From NCBI GenBank assembly GCA_047921295.1, contig JBLRWK010000015.1, positions 4,128-68,127 of the forward strand: 64,000 bases of DNA. The letters are read 5' to 3'. Position numbers and translations under genes: made by a program. The number at the start of each line of letters is the position of its first letter. The first letter of the stretch is position 1. The notes under the pieces were generated by a model. It saw nothing but the letters and a program-made list of their open reading frames with translations, was not told the origin of the DNA and ran no database searches. Source of the stretch: Rhodobacterales bacterium. Lineage in GTDB: Bacteria; Pseudomonadota; Alphaproteobacteria; Rhodobacterales; Rhodobacteraceae. Below are positions 1 to 8,356 of the stretch, one piece after another.

Positions 1-525
1 GAATGTTTGCACGGCATAGATTTCGTCGCCTTCTCCGACGATTCCAAATCCGAAGCTGTCGAAGCCCTCCGATAGAATGTTCTCGCGGTGCCCCGGGCTT
101 TGCATCCAACCTTCGTGGAAAGAACGTAGTTGCTCGACGTCGGGCGGCGTAGGGCAGCCCTCGCAGGTCGCGATATTCTCGCCGCTTACCGCCCAAGGAT
201 TGCCGTCCGCAGCAAGGTACCTCTCGAAAGGCGTTTCCCCTTCCGGCGTCACGTGATCGTAGTAATCTCTGTCCAGCATATCGGCCGCATGTCCCTGCGC
301 CGCCCTGTCCAGAACCTCGCTGGATACGAGTTCAGGTAACCCTGCTTCGGCACGTGCGTCATTCACCAAGCCGAGCGCTTCGATCCTAAACTCCGGAGCA
401 ATATCCGTTCCCTGCACAACCACTGGACCTTGATCCTGCACGTTTGCAGGGTCTTGCGCGAGTACAGGATAGGAAAATGCCGCCAACATCGCTGCTACCG
501 CAGCATGTTTAGCAATGCCGTTCAT
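1..525 (-). CDS. CAP/SCP (PR-1-like, YkwD-type) domain secreted protein; 3' end lies outside the window
   Basis: Not in the ORF track because it is open at the window edge. My reverse-strand translation from ATG 525-523 gives MNGIAKHAAVAAMLAAFSYPVLAQDPANV (signal-peptide-like). It then shows RAAQGHAADMLDRDYYDHVTPEGETPFERY and FHEGWMQSPGHRENILSEGFDSFGFGIV, the two conserved CAP-domain blocks. Confidence 0.8.
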   Translation of the reverse strand, partial: MNGIAKHAAVAAMLAAFSYPVLAQDPANVQDQGPVVVQGTDIAPEFRIEALGLVNDARAEAGLPELVSSEVLDRAAQGHAADMLDRDYYDHVTPEGETPFERYLAADGNPWAVSGENIATCEGCPTPPDVEQLRSFHEGWMQSPGHRENILSEGFDSFGFGIVGEGDEIYAVQTF

Positions 526-827
526 GATCGTGCTCCTCAGGCCCCATGTAACGGAAGCAACCCTTGCGCCGTCAGACGGTTCCCGATGATCTTCTCAACG
601 GTTAGCAGATCGTCGTCCGCGCTAGGTTCAGGCGGCCAGAGTGGCGCTGTTGGGAGCGGATCAAGGCTCCGGCATCAGATAGCAGGCGCTGCGCGGTCGT
701 CACCCGCCTAAGCTTTATCCCGATGTAACACAGGTTAGGCACTCCCCGCTGACAGCCCCATGTGCGAACACGGGCTTTGCACATCCGAAGGCCGGACATA
801 ACGACACTTAACCGCCCCTCTACAGCC

Positions 828-1283
828 TCAGGTGATGGCCTCTAGCCGCTCCTTGGACAGATCGCCGGGCACGATGGTGATCGGCACCGACAGGGTGCCT
901 GCGCTGCGCGTGAGTTGCGTGACCAGCGGGCCGGGGCCTTTCTTGTCGGTGCCCGCGCCCAGCACCAGCACGCCGATATCGTCGTCTTCGCTGATCTGCG
1001 CCAGAATCTCCGTCACCGGCTCGCCCTCGCGGATCACCAGTTCGGGGTCGACGCCCTGTTTGTCGCGCATCCATTTGGCGAAAACCTCGAAATGCGCGTG
1101 GATGCGCTCGCGGGCCTCCTCGCGCATGATATCGGCCACGCCGATCCAGTGGTTGAACTCTTCCGGCGGGATCACGGACAGGATCTCGACCCCGCCACCG
1201 GTGCGCGCCGCACGCATCGCGGCAAAGCGCATCGCATTCAGACATTCGCGGCTGTCATCCAGCACAACCAGAAACTTACGCAT
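828..1283 (-). CDS. universal stress protein (UspA family)
   Basis: 151 aa ORF starting at an ATG. MRKFLVVLDDSRECLNAMRFAA...IGVLVLGAGTDKKGPGPLV...VPITIVPG is the typical Usp pattern. Confidence 0.85.
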   Translation of the reverse strand: MRKFLVVLDDSRECLNAMRFAAMRAARTGGGVEILSVIPPEEFNHWIGVADIMREEARERIHAHFEVFAKWMRDKQGVDPELVIREGEPVTEILAQISEDDDIGVLVLGAGTDKKGPGPLVTQLTRSAGTLSVPITIVPGDLSKERLEAIT

Positions 1284-1359
1284 CCTGCTTCTCCCTTCGG
1301 GCGATCATGGCGCAAGCCACCGCACCGCGCAACTCTGTGATGCGGCGGGCCTGCGCCCT

Positions 1360-1399
1360 GTTTCTTCTTGCCGCAAATATCCCCGCGCGGAGCGCATTC
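1360..1399 (-). repeat. dispersed intergenic repeat, copy A (long form)
   Basis: The reverse complement reads GAATGCGCTCCGCGCGGGGATATTTGCGGCAAGAAGAAAC, 37/40 identical to 8297-8336. It starts 25 nt after the stop of the minus-strand aminotransferase gene. Confidence 0.85.
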
Positions 1400-1424
1400 C
1401 AGCCCAACCGCAGGGACAAACGTA

Positions 1425-2288
1425 TCAGCCTGCCGTGACGGCCCAATCCCAGTACAGCGCCCGCGCCCGCTCGGCTATCGGCCCCACCGCGTAGGTGGTC
1501 TCGTCGAAGGCCGAGACCGGGGTGATCTTGCTCATATTGCCGGTCAGGAACACCTCGTCGGCAGTGTGGAAATCCTCGAAGCTCAGCACGGCCTCGCGCA
1601 CCTCGACCCCGTCGGCGCGCAGGTTCACGATATGGCGCGCGCGGGTGATACCGGCCAGAAAGGTGCCGTTGGGGATGGGGGTAAAGACAACGCCGTCCTT
1701 GACCATGAAGACATTGGCGGTGGCGGTTTCGGCGACGTTGCCCATCGCATCGGCGACCAGCGCATTTCCGAACCCCTTGGCCCGCGCCTCGGCAAGCATG
1801 CGGGCATTGTTGGGATAGAGACAGCCCGCCTTGGCATTGACCACAGCGCTTTCCAGCACGGGGCGGCGAAAGCGGGTGCGGGTCAGCGTGGTGGTCGCGC
1901 CTTCGGGCGGCATCGGGATCTCTTCGAGGCAGATGGCAAAACCGGTGCTGTCGGGCGAGGGCACGATGGCTGTCGGATCGCCGTCGATCCCCCAATACAT
2001 CGGGCGGATATACACAGCCGCCTCGCGCGGATAGGCCGCAAGCCCCTCGCGGATCAGGCCGACCATCTCTTGTGTTGCCACGGTCGGCGTGATCATCAGC
2101 GCCTCGGCGGAGCGGTTCACGCGGGCGCAATGCGCTTCCAGATCGGGGGCCATGCCGTTGACGTAGCGCGCGCCGTCGAACACGGTGCTGCCCAGCCATG
2201 CGCCGTGATCCGCTGCCCGCATTATCGGCACATCGCCATCATGCCACTGGCCGTTGAAATAGGTGCGGATATTGGTGCCGGTTGCCAT
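1425..2288 (-). CDS. fold-type IV aminotransferase (branched-chain amino acid aminotransferase-like)
   Basis: 287 aa. Contains AVYIRPMYWG, AKAGCLYPNNARMLAEARAKGFGNALVADAMGNVAETATANVFMVKDGVVFTP and GTFLAGITR, typical class IV aminotransferase blocks. Confidence 0.8.
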   Translation of the reverse strand: MATGTNIRTYFNGQWHDGDVPIMRAADHGAWLGSTVFDGARYVNGMAPDLEAHCARVNRSAEALMITPTVATQEMVGLIREGLAAYPREAAVYIRPMYWGIDGDPTAIVPSPDSTGFAICLEEIPMPPEGATTTLTRTRFRRPVLESAVVNAKAGCLYPNNARMLAEARAKGFGNALVADAMGNVAETATANVFMVKDGVVFTPIPNGTFLAGITRARHIVNLRADGVEVREAVLSFEDFHTADEVFLTGNMSKITPVSAFDETTYAVGPIAERARALYWDWAVTAG

Positions 2289-2367
2289 GGACTTGTCCCT
2301 TTCGATCTGTCGTCGTGGACATTACCAGCAAGGAACCTGCGGTAAAGCATGGATCGGCGCTGCGGGG

Positions 2368-2949
2368 TCAGTAAAGCGCCTCCTCATAGAGGCGCTGCCC
2401 GTCGACCATCAGCCCTTTGATCGCTCCGTTGCCCGCGCCGTCCAGTGCCAGAATGAGGCCGAGCCGGTCTGCACGGTCCAACGCCTCCAGCTCCAGCGCG
2501 CGGTCTTTTGTCGCGAAGTAACGGTCAAACGGGAAGCTGAGGAAAATCTGGCTCGGCGTGTCATAGTCGAACACGCCACGGATCACCGCCGACTGGCCCG
2601 TTGGCGCATCAGCCGAAAGTTCGGTCGCGCGCCAGTAGCCGTCATCACCCTCGGCCAGCGTGACATAGACCGGCGCGCCGGGTTCCAGCGCCGGATCACG
2701 GGTGACCGATCCGGCGGGGATGCGGGTGATCTCGAGGTTCAGGATCGTGTAATGCCCGCGAAACAGATCGCGCGGGTCGATAGCACCGGTTTCCAGCACC
2801 ACCTCCTGACCGTCCCGCAAAAGGGCGGCGTGGTCAGTCACCATCTTGCCGATGGCAGCGGTCTGGAGCAGCGCCAGAGCGGTGATCGCGGCAATCAGCC
2901 AGCCGGCGGGCAAGCGCGGGGAAAGCCAAGCGGGCAGGCGGCGGGTCAT
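2368..2949 (-). CDS. GDYXXLXY domain-containing protein
   Basis: The track ORF is 2368..2991. I prefer ATG 2949 (MTRRLPAWLSPRLPAGWLIAAITALALL, one TM helix), which overlaps the upstream stop as ATGA. DPRDLFRGHYTILNLEI matches the GDYXXLXY motif region. Confidence 0.7.
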   Translation of the reverse strand: MTRRLPAWLSPRLPAGWLIAAITALALLQTAAIGKMVTDHAALLRDGQEVVLETGAIDPRDLFRGHYTILNLEITRIPAGSVTRDPALEPGAPVYVTLAEGDDGYWRATELSADAPTGQSAVIRGVFDYDTPSQIFLSFPFDRYFATKDRALELEALDRADRLGLILALDGAGNGAIKGLMVDGQRLYEEALY

Positions 2950-4226
2950 GTGCTGCTCCTGCGCTTGGGGTCCAGCCGCGTGGCGAGCCATGCACCACCC
3001 AGCAGGATCACACCCGCACCAAGGTAGAATCCGCTGGTGCCGATCAGCGTGCCCACAGTCACGGCGTAAATCAGCAGCAGTGCCATGACAAAGCCGAACA
3101 TCCCGATGATGCGCAGGCCGCGCTGGTCAAGCCGCCATCCCATCCGCGTGATCCAGATAAATACCGCCAGAAGCATCGCCTCCGGCAGCAGGGGCACTGG
3201 CACCAGATAGAATATGACCAGCATCAGCACACCGGCCAGTAATGCCACCCACAGATCATAGGTAAAGACCCAGCGCCGCAGATGTCCGGCCACGGCAAAG
3301 GCCAGCGGTGCCAGCAGCAAAAACAGGGGCAGCAGGAGTCCGGCCAGCCCCGCATCGCCTCCGCGTTGTGCTGCGTCGCCGGTGTAATCGTCGATACCGA
3401 GTGTCAGGAAATAGACGACCAGCCCCAGCAGGAATGTCGCATACCCCAGCGCGGCCCCCTCGAAGCCGCGCAACAAAAGCGGCCCCGACATTGAGGCCAG
3501 CATCGCCGAGATCGCGGTGACAGCGCTCAGGGCCAGCAGGATCGCCGCGAGTTGTGGTGAGGCCACTGTGGTCAACGCCGTCAGCAGCCAGAAGCACAGG
3601 GCGATCACGCTCATATGCGCGGCAGCCTTGCTGTTCAGCCACCAAGCCAGCGCGGCACCTGCCAGCCACCAGCCCAGATAGGGCAGGTTCATATCGGCGC
3701 CACCGCCGAAAATGTCGATCTGCATCGCATGCCAAAGGCCGAAAAGACCGATGGCGAAGACCAGAACCATCGTCCCGCGCGCCAGCACCGCCGCGAGCAG
3801 CGTGCCCAATCCCCAAAGCCAGACCGCATCCGCCGCATTCCCCTGTATATGGTAGATCTGGCTGACCAGCATGATCCCGGCCCCGAACATGCCGCAGGCC
3901 AGCACCATCAGCGCCTCGTGCCACCAGTGCAGGCCGCGCAGCCCGGCCCAGAGCGCCGCCCCCCATGCCAACCAGAGTGCAAGGATCACCAGCGTCAGGC
4001 GCGCAAGGCGACTCATCTCTTCCCAGTTGGCGGCGATGAAGGTCATGGCGGCAAAACACAGACAGACCACACCGGCTGTGATGACGAAGGCAGTAAAGCT
4101 GAACCTGCGGTGACCCTGTTCCAGATCGGCTTGCAGGCGCAGCGAGGTCTCCGTGTCCAGCAGACCACGATCACGCCAGTCCTGCAGCGCCGAGCCGATC
4201 ACGGCGGATTTGCTTTTGATATGCAT
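2946..4226 (-). CDS. DUF2157-type polytopic membrane protein
   Basis: The track ORF is 2946..4400. I moved the start to ATG 4226 (MHIKSKSAVIGSALQDWRDRGLLDTETSLRLQADLEQ). About 10 hydrophobic helices follow. Pairing with a GDYXXLXY gene is typical from memory. Confidence 0.7.
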   Translation of the reverse strand: MHIKSKSAVIGSALQDWRDRGLLDTETSLRLQADLEQGHRRFSFTAFVITAGVVCLCFAAMTFIAANWEEMSRLARLTLVILALWLAWGAALWAGLRGLHWWHEALMVLACGMFGAGIMLVSQIYHIQGNAADAVWLWGLGTLLAAVLARGTMVLVFAIGLFGLWHAMQIDIFGGGADMNLPYLGWWLAGAALAWWLNSKAAAHMSVIALCFWLLTALTTVASPQLAAILLALSAVTAISAMLASMSGPLLLRGFEGAALGYATFLLGLVVYFLTLGIDDYTGDAAQRGGDAGLAGLLLPLFLLLAPLAFAVAGHLRRWVFTYDLWVALLAGVLMLVIFYLVPVPLLPEAMLLAVFIWITRMGWRLDQRGLRIIGMFGFVMALLLIYAVTVGTLIGTSGFYLGAGVILLGGAWLATRLDPKRRSST

Positions 4227-4356
4227 GGTCGCCCCGTCTTCCGCGCCAACGCCTCCTCTGAACCGTGCCGTTGGCGGGCTATTCTGGGCGAGTTTACCGG
4301 AACCTGCTTGCAGGTAAAGGCGGGAAAGGTGCCGCCTGTTCCGCGGCACAGTCCGG

Positions 4357-4388
4357 AAAAAAACCCGACCCGGAAGGTCCGGGCCGGG
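4357..4388 (-). terminator. rho-independent terminator (minus strand)
   Basis: The minus-strand RNA reads CCCGGCCCGG-ACCUU-CCGGGUCGGG followed by UUUUUUU. This is a 10-bp GC stem with one G-U pair, then seven U. Confidence 0.75.
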
Positions 4389-4675
4389 ATGCGGCGTCAT
4401 GAAAATGACTTTGCGACAAAGCCGCGAAATACGGCTTGGACAAATGCACTCGTGACGGTTCCAGCCTAAGGCTTGCGATGGGACGCAGAGAAAGCCTGCA
4501 ACTGAAGACGTATAGCTAAACTGACAGGCTCGGGTGTCATTTCCGTGACATTTTAAGCACGATTCAACGGCAAATTAGCCTTTTGCCGGACATGGATCAC
4601 CTGAACGGACACGCGTTTGTCAGTGGAATAATTGTCCGAGCTCCGCTGCACATGACCGGAATCTCGATAGCCGGA

Positions 4676-5164
4676 TTAGCCTGCCTCGGCCAGCAGGGCA
4701 TCAAGGTCCAGCCGCTTGTTCGTCATCGCAAGTTTGCCTTCTGCATCACGGGGCCAGTCCTGCTGGGCACGGTCGCGGTAGATTTCCACCCCGTTGCCGT
4801 CGGGATCGCGGAAATAGACGGCCTCCGATACGCCGTGATCGGCGGCCCCGTCCAGCGTGACACCGGCCGCAAGCACGCGCGCCAGTGCCGCGCCGAGAGA
4901 GGCCCTGTCCGGATAGAGAATGGCCGTGTGGTAAAGGCCGGTATGCCCTTGCGGCGCAGGGCTGCCGCCAAGGCTGTCCCATGTGTTCAGGCCGATATGG
5001 TGATGATAGCCTCCGGCGGACAGAAAAGCGGCCTGATCGCCAAAGCGCTGCGTGAGGGCAAAGCCCATGACATCGCGGTAAAAGGCAAGCGCGCGCTCCA
5101 GATCGGCAACCTTGAGATGGACATGCCCGATCCGCGTTTCGGGATGTGCTGAATATGACGACAT
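4676..5164 (-). CDS. VOC family protein (glyoxalase/dioxygenase fold)
   Basis: 162 aa. IGHVHLKVADLERALAFYRDVMGF...GGYHHHIGLNTW...AVYFRDPDGNGVEIY is the typical VOC pattern. Confidence 0.85.
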   Translation of the reverse strand: MSSYSAHPETRIGHVHLKVADLERALAFYRDVMGFALTQRFGDQAAFLSAGGYHHHIGLNTWDSLGGSPAPQGHTGLYHTAILYPDRASLGAALARVLAAGVTLDGAADHGVSEAVYFRDPDGNGVEIYRDRAQQDWPRDAEGKLAMTNKRLDLDALLAEAG

Positions 5165-5383
5165 GGTGATCTCTCCTTATCCGGTTCACCTTACAGTCTA
5201 TGCGATTCCGCGATAAGGCCCGCCCGTGCACCGCTTATGTGCAACGACACAGATTCACGAGATCACAAGATATCGTGATTTGAGACTGTATGACCGTTCG
5301 GTTTGGGTGCACCCAATTGCTTGGACCGCAGGTTGAACAGACACCAAAGACGCAAAGGGCAGGAAAAGCCCGAAGGAGAAGAG

Positions 5384-5968
5384 ATGGCAGAGTTTTGGAA
5401 CAGACGCGCAGTCATGCTGGCAGGCGGAGCGGCAACGCTTCTGGCCGGACGGGCAGCGGCCGCGCAAGAGCCTGTGGGACAAGAGCGCCCGTCTGGTGAT
5501 GGCGTGCGCAACAATCTGTCGTCGTTCCACATGGTCAGATGGCAGGACCATTTCGACAGTCTGGAGAACGGTGCGATTCTGGCCGATACCAAATCGCGTG
5601 CCGTCCATTTCTGGTCCGAGGACGCGAGCGTCTACCGTCTCTATCCCAGTTCCGTGCCTGCAAGCGATGACCTGACGCGGCTGGGTTATACGCGGATTGT
5701 ACGCAAACGCGAAGCGCCCACTTGGACGCCTACGCCGTCGATGCGCGAGCGCGATCCCAGTCTGCCGGTCACCATCGGGGCAGGACCGGACAATCCGCTT
5801 GGCACCCATGCCATGTACTTTGACTGGACCTACTATCTGATCCACGGCACCCATGACACGCGCAAGATCGGCCGCCGCTCGTCTGATGGCTGCATCGGGC
5901 TTTACAACGAGCATATCGAGGAGCTTTACGCGCTGGCCAAGGTCGGCACACAGGTGCGCCTGATCTGA
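5384..5968 (+). CDS. L,D-transpeptidase (YkuD domain)
   Basis: The track ORF is 5303..5968. I use ATG 5384, preceded by AAGGAG. It has a Tat-like signal, MAEFWNRRAVMLAGGAATLLAGRAAAA. The catalytic block is HGTHDTRKIGRRSSDGCIGLYNEHIEELY. Confidence 0.85.
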   Translation: MAEFWNRRAVMLAGGAATLLAGRAAAAQEPVGQERPSGDGVRNNLSSFHMVRWQDHFDSLENGAILADTKSRAVHFWSEDASVYRLYPSSVPASDDLTRLGYTRIVRKREAPTWTPTPSMRERDPSLPVTIGAGPDNPLGTHAMYFDWTYYLIHGTHDTRKIGRRSSDGCIGLYNEHIEELYALAKVGTQVRLI

Positions 5969-6023
5969 TAAAGTTTGTTGTCGGTAGAGTCTTCAGACCA
6001 GAAGCGTAGAACTGGTAATCTGA

Positions 6024-6070
6024 TATAAGTCCGCCGCCTCGTCGCAATTCGGCATTGGCGGCGGCTTATA
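6024..6070. other. long imperfect hairpin or palindrome in a 468-bp non-coding gap
   Basis: TATAAG(T)CCGCCGCC, an 18-nt loop, then GGCGGCGGCTTATA. This gives 14 bp with one bulge and no clear U-tract on either strand. Confidence 0.5.
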
Positions 6071-6436
6071 ACGATTGTTGTATACCACAAAACGACGGTT
6101 CACCACCTGACACAAGATGCCCTGTGTCTGGATGAAACCGTGAGCGGGCTGCCACTGAGCCGCGCAGCGTCGGGCCGCGGTGCGGCGACGCCCCTTTTCA
6201 GTATGGCAATTTATGCCTGCCAAATCCCTCTGACCTCTAGACCTGCGCCTGCATCTGCCAAAACGCCGTGCCGGGGGGCGGCCCGGCGATGCGCGGCGGC
6301 GCGTCGCGCCTTGCTCCGCGCGGGAACAAACTTGAACGGCGGAAATGTACGCAGAAGTGCCTGACGCGCTGTATCGCCGGGGGCGCGCGTTGCGACGTCC
6401 CGACGCTGACGCAGCAGCGCCGGGCCTTTGCGCGCA

Positions 6437-7495
6437 TCAACTGCGGATCATTCCGACTATGTCATAGGTCTTTTGCAGGATCGGGGTGGCGATCTCGCGG
6501 GCGCGGGATGCGCCCTGTCCGAGGATGCGGTCGATCTCGGCGGGCTCCTGCATCAGGCGAGCCATCTCGGTCGAGATGGGCGAGAGCTTGGCGACTGCCA
6601 GATCGGCCAGCATCGGCTTGAACTCGGAAAACGGCTTGCCGCCCACGTCGCGCAGCACATCATCCACCGTGCTGTCGGACAAAGCCGCATAGATATTCAC
6701 CAGATTGCGCGCATCGGGGCGGCCTTCCAGACCTGCGGCTTCGGAGGGCAGGGCCTCCGGGTCGGTCTTGGCCTTGCGGATCTTCTTGGCGATCGTGTCA
6801 GCATCATCGGTCATGTTGATCCGGGACGCATCGGAGGGATCGGATTTCGACATCTTCTTGGAGCCGTCGCGCAGCGACATGACGCGGGTGGCGGCCCCTT
6901 CGATCACCGGCTCGGTGATGGGGAAGAAATCGACGCCGTAATCATGGTTGAACTTGGCCGCCACATCGCGGGTCAGTTCCAGATGCTGTTTCTGGTCCTC
7001 GCCCACGGGCACATGCGTCGCGTGATAGAGCAGGATATCTGCCGCCATCAGCGCAGGATATGCCAGAAGCCCCAGCGAGGCGTTCTCGGCATTCTTGCCC
7101 GCCTTGTCCTTCCACTGGGTCATACGCCCCATCCAGCCCATGCGCGCCACACAGTTGAAAATCCACGCAAGCTGTGCGTGTTCGGGCACCTGGCTCTGGT
7201 TGAACAGGATCGAGCGCGTCGGGTCCAGACCGGCGGCGATATAACCCGCTGTCAATTCGCGGGTTTGGCGGCGCAGGGCCTCGGGGTCTTGCCAGACGGT
7301 GATGGCATGCAAGTCGACAACACAATAAAGCGTCGGCGTGCCGCTGTCCTGCATCTGCACGAAACGCTTGATCGCGCCCAGATAATTGCCAAGCGTCAGC
7401 CCGCCCGAGGGCTGGATGCCCGAAAAGACACGCGGGGTGAAGCCCGCGTTCGGGCCCGCATTTGGACTGGACTTTGTCTGGACCGCATCCGCCAT
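6437..7495 (-). CDS. trpS: tryptophan--tRNA ligase
   Basis: The track ORF is 6437..7597. I prefer ATG 7495 (MADAVQTK...); 7540 is also possible. Contains [20 protein letters not shown] and the KMSKS motif (GSKKMSKSD). Confidence 0.9.
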   Translation of the reverse strand: MADAVQTKSSPNAGPNAGFTPRVFSGIQPSGGLTLGNYLGAIKRFVQMQDSGTPTLYCVVDLHAITVWQDPEALRRQTRELTAGYIAAGLDPTRSILFNQSQVPEHAQLAWIFNCVARMGWMGRMTQWKDKAGKNAENASLGLLAYPALMAADILLYHATHVPVGEDQKQHLELTRDVAAKFNHDYGVDFFPITEPVIEGAATRVMSLRDGSKKMSKSDPSDASRINMTDDADTIAKKIRKAKTDPEALPSEAAGLEGRPDARNLVNIYAALSDSTVDDVLRDVGGKPFSEFKPMLADLAVAKLSPISTEMARLMQEPAEIDRILGQGASRAREIATPILQKTYDIVGMIRS

Positions 7496-7572
7496 AATGA
7501 CATCTCCGTCTGGATTAATCGGTTGGGCTGGCTTACCCATGCCCCAAAGCCGCGTCAAGCAGAGGTCCATCC

Positions 7573-8277
7573 ATGTTTCCCGATCCCCAGAACCCACGCG
7601 GCGCAGGTATCAGCGCCGTCAACCCGCTGCCGCCGGTGGTGATCGTGCTCTTTGTGCTGATCGTCGGCATCGAGTTGCTGTTCATCCTTGGCGCACAGGG
7701 GCTGATCGGCGGTCCGCAGGCAATCGGCTGGCGGCTGGGCGCGATCCGGTCCTATGCGTTCTCCGCGGAAATCTTTCAGTGGATGCTCGCCAATAACCGG
7801 TGGCCGCTGGAACAGGTCTCGCGCTTTGTGACCTATCCGTTCGTGCATGGCAATTTCACCCATGCGGTTTTTGCCGGTGCGATGGTACTGGCACTGGGCA
7901 AGTTCGTGGGAGAGGTGTTTCGCGGCTGGGCCATTGTGGCCGTCTATTTCGGTGCGTCCATCGGCGGCGCGGTTGTTTTCGGCCTGCTGACCGCATCACC
8001 AGTGCCGCTGATCGGATCGTTTCCCGGCGTGTACGGGCTGATCGGAGCCTTCACCTACCTGCTCTGGCTGCGGCTGGGGCAGGAGGGCGGGCCGCAATTG
8101 CGCGCCTTCACGCTGATCGCCTTTCTGATGGGCATCCAGCTTGTCTTCGGCATCCTGTTCGGCGGCAGTCTGGACTGGATTGCAGACCTGTCGGGATTTG
8201 TCTTCGGCTTCGGGCTGTCCTTCGTGGTCAGCCCCGGCGGTTTTGCCCGGCTGCGCGGCAAGCTGCGCCACGACTGA
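7573..8277 (+). CDS. rhomboid-fold membrane protein, possibly non-catalytic
   Basis: 234 aa with about 6 TM helices. The TM2-type block [35 protein letters not shown] and [13 protein letters not shown] resemble rhomboid motifs. No His occurs in the C-terminal helices (see findings). Confidence 0.7.
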   Translation: MFPDPQNPRGAGISAVNPLPPVVIVLFVLIVGIELLFILGAQGLIGGPQAIGWRLGAIRSYAFSAEIFQWMLANNRWPLEQVSRFVTYPFVHGNFTHAVFAGAMVLALGKFVGEVFRGWAIVAVYFGASIGGAVVFGLLTASPVPLIGSFPGVYGLIGAFTYLLWLRLGQEGGPQLRAFTLIAFLMGIQLVFGILFGGSLDWIADLSGFVFGFGLSFVVSPGGFARLRGKLRHD

Positions 8278-8296
8278 CGTCAAGTGTGGCGCGGGC

Positions 8297-8336
8297 GGAT
8301 GCGCTCCGCGCGGGGATATTTGAGGCAAGAAGAAGC
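8297..8336 (+). repeat. dispersed intergenic repeat, copy B (long form)
   Basis: GGATGCGCTCCGCGCGGGGATATTTGAGGCAAGAAGAAGC. It starts 19 nt after the rhomboid-like gene stop. The 23-nt core at 8314-8336 is identical to the reverse complement of 46779-46801. Confidence 0.85.
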
Positions 8337-8356
8337 GGTGGGCGGGGCAAGACGGA

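Noticed and set aside
4321-4356. GGGAAAGGTGCCGCCTGTTCCGCGGCACAGTCCGG looked vaguely like a cobalamin-riboswitch core (GGGAA..GGTG..TCC..GC..ACTGT).
   Set aside because: The spacing and the B12 box do not fit. It is on the plus strand with no downstream plus-strand gene, and it lies next to a minus-strand terminator.
6140-6364. 74-aa ORF, with antisense ORFs at 5993-6223 and 6237-6440, in the ldt / trpS gap.
   Set aside because: Third-position GC is mixed, the peptides are low-complexity, and there are no SDs.
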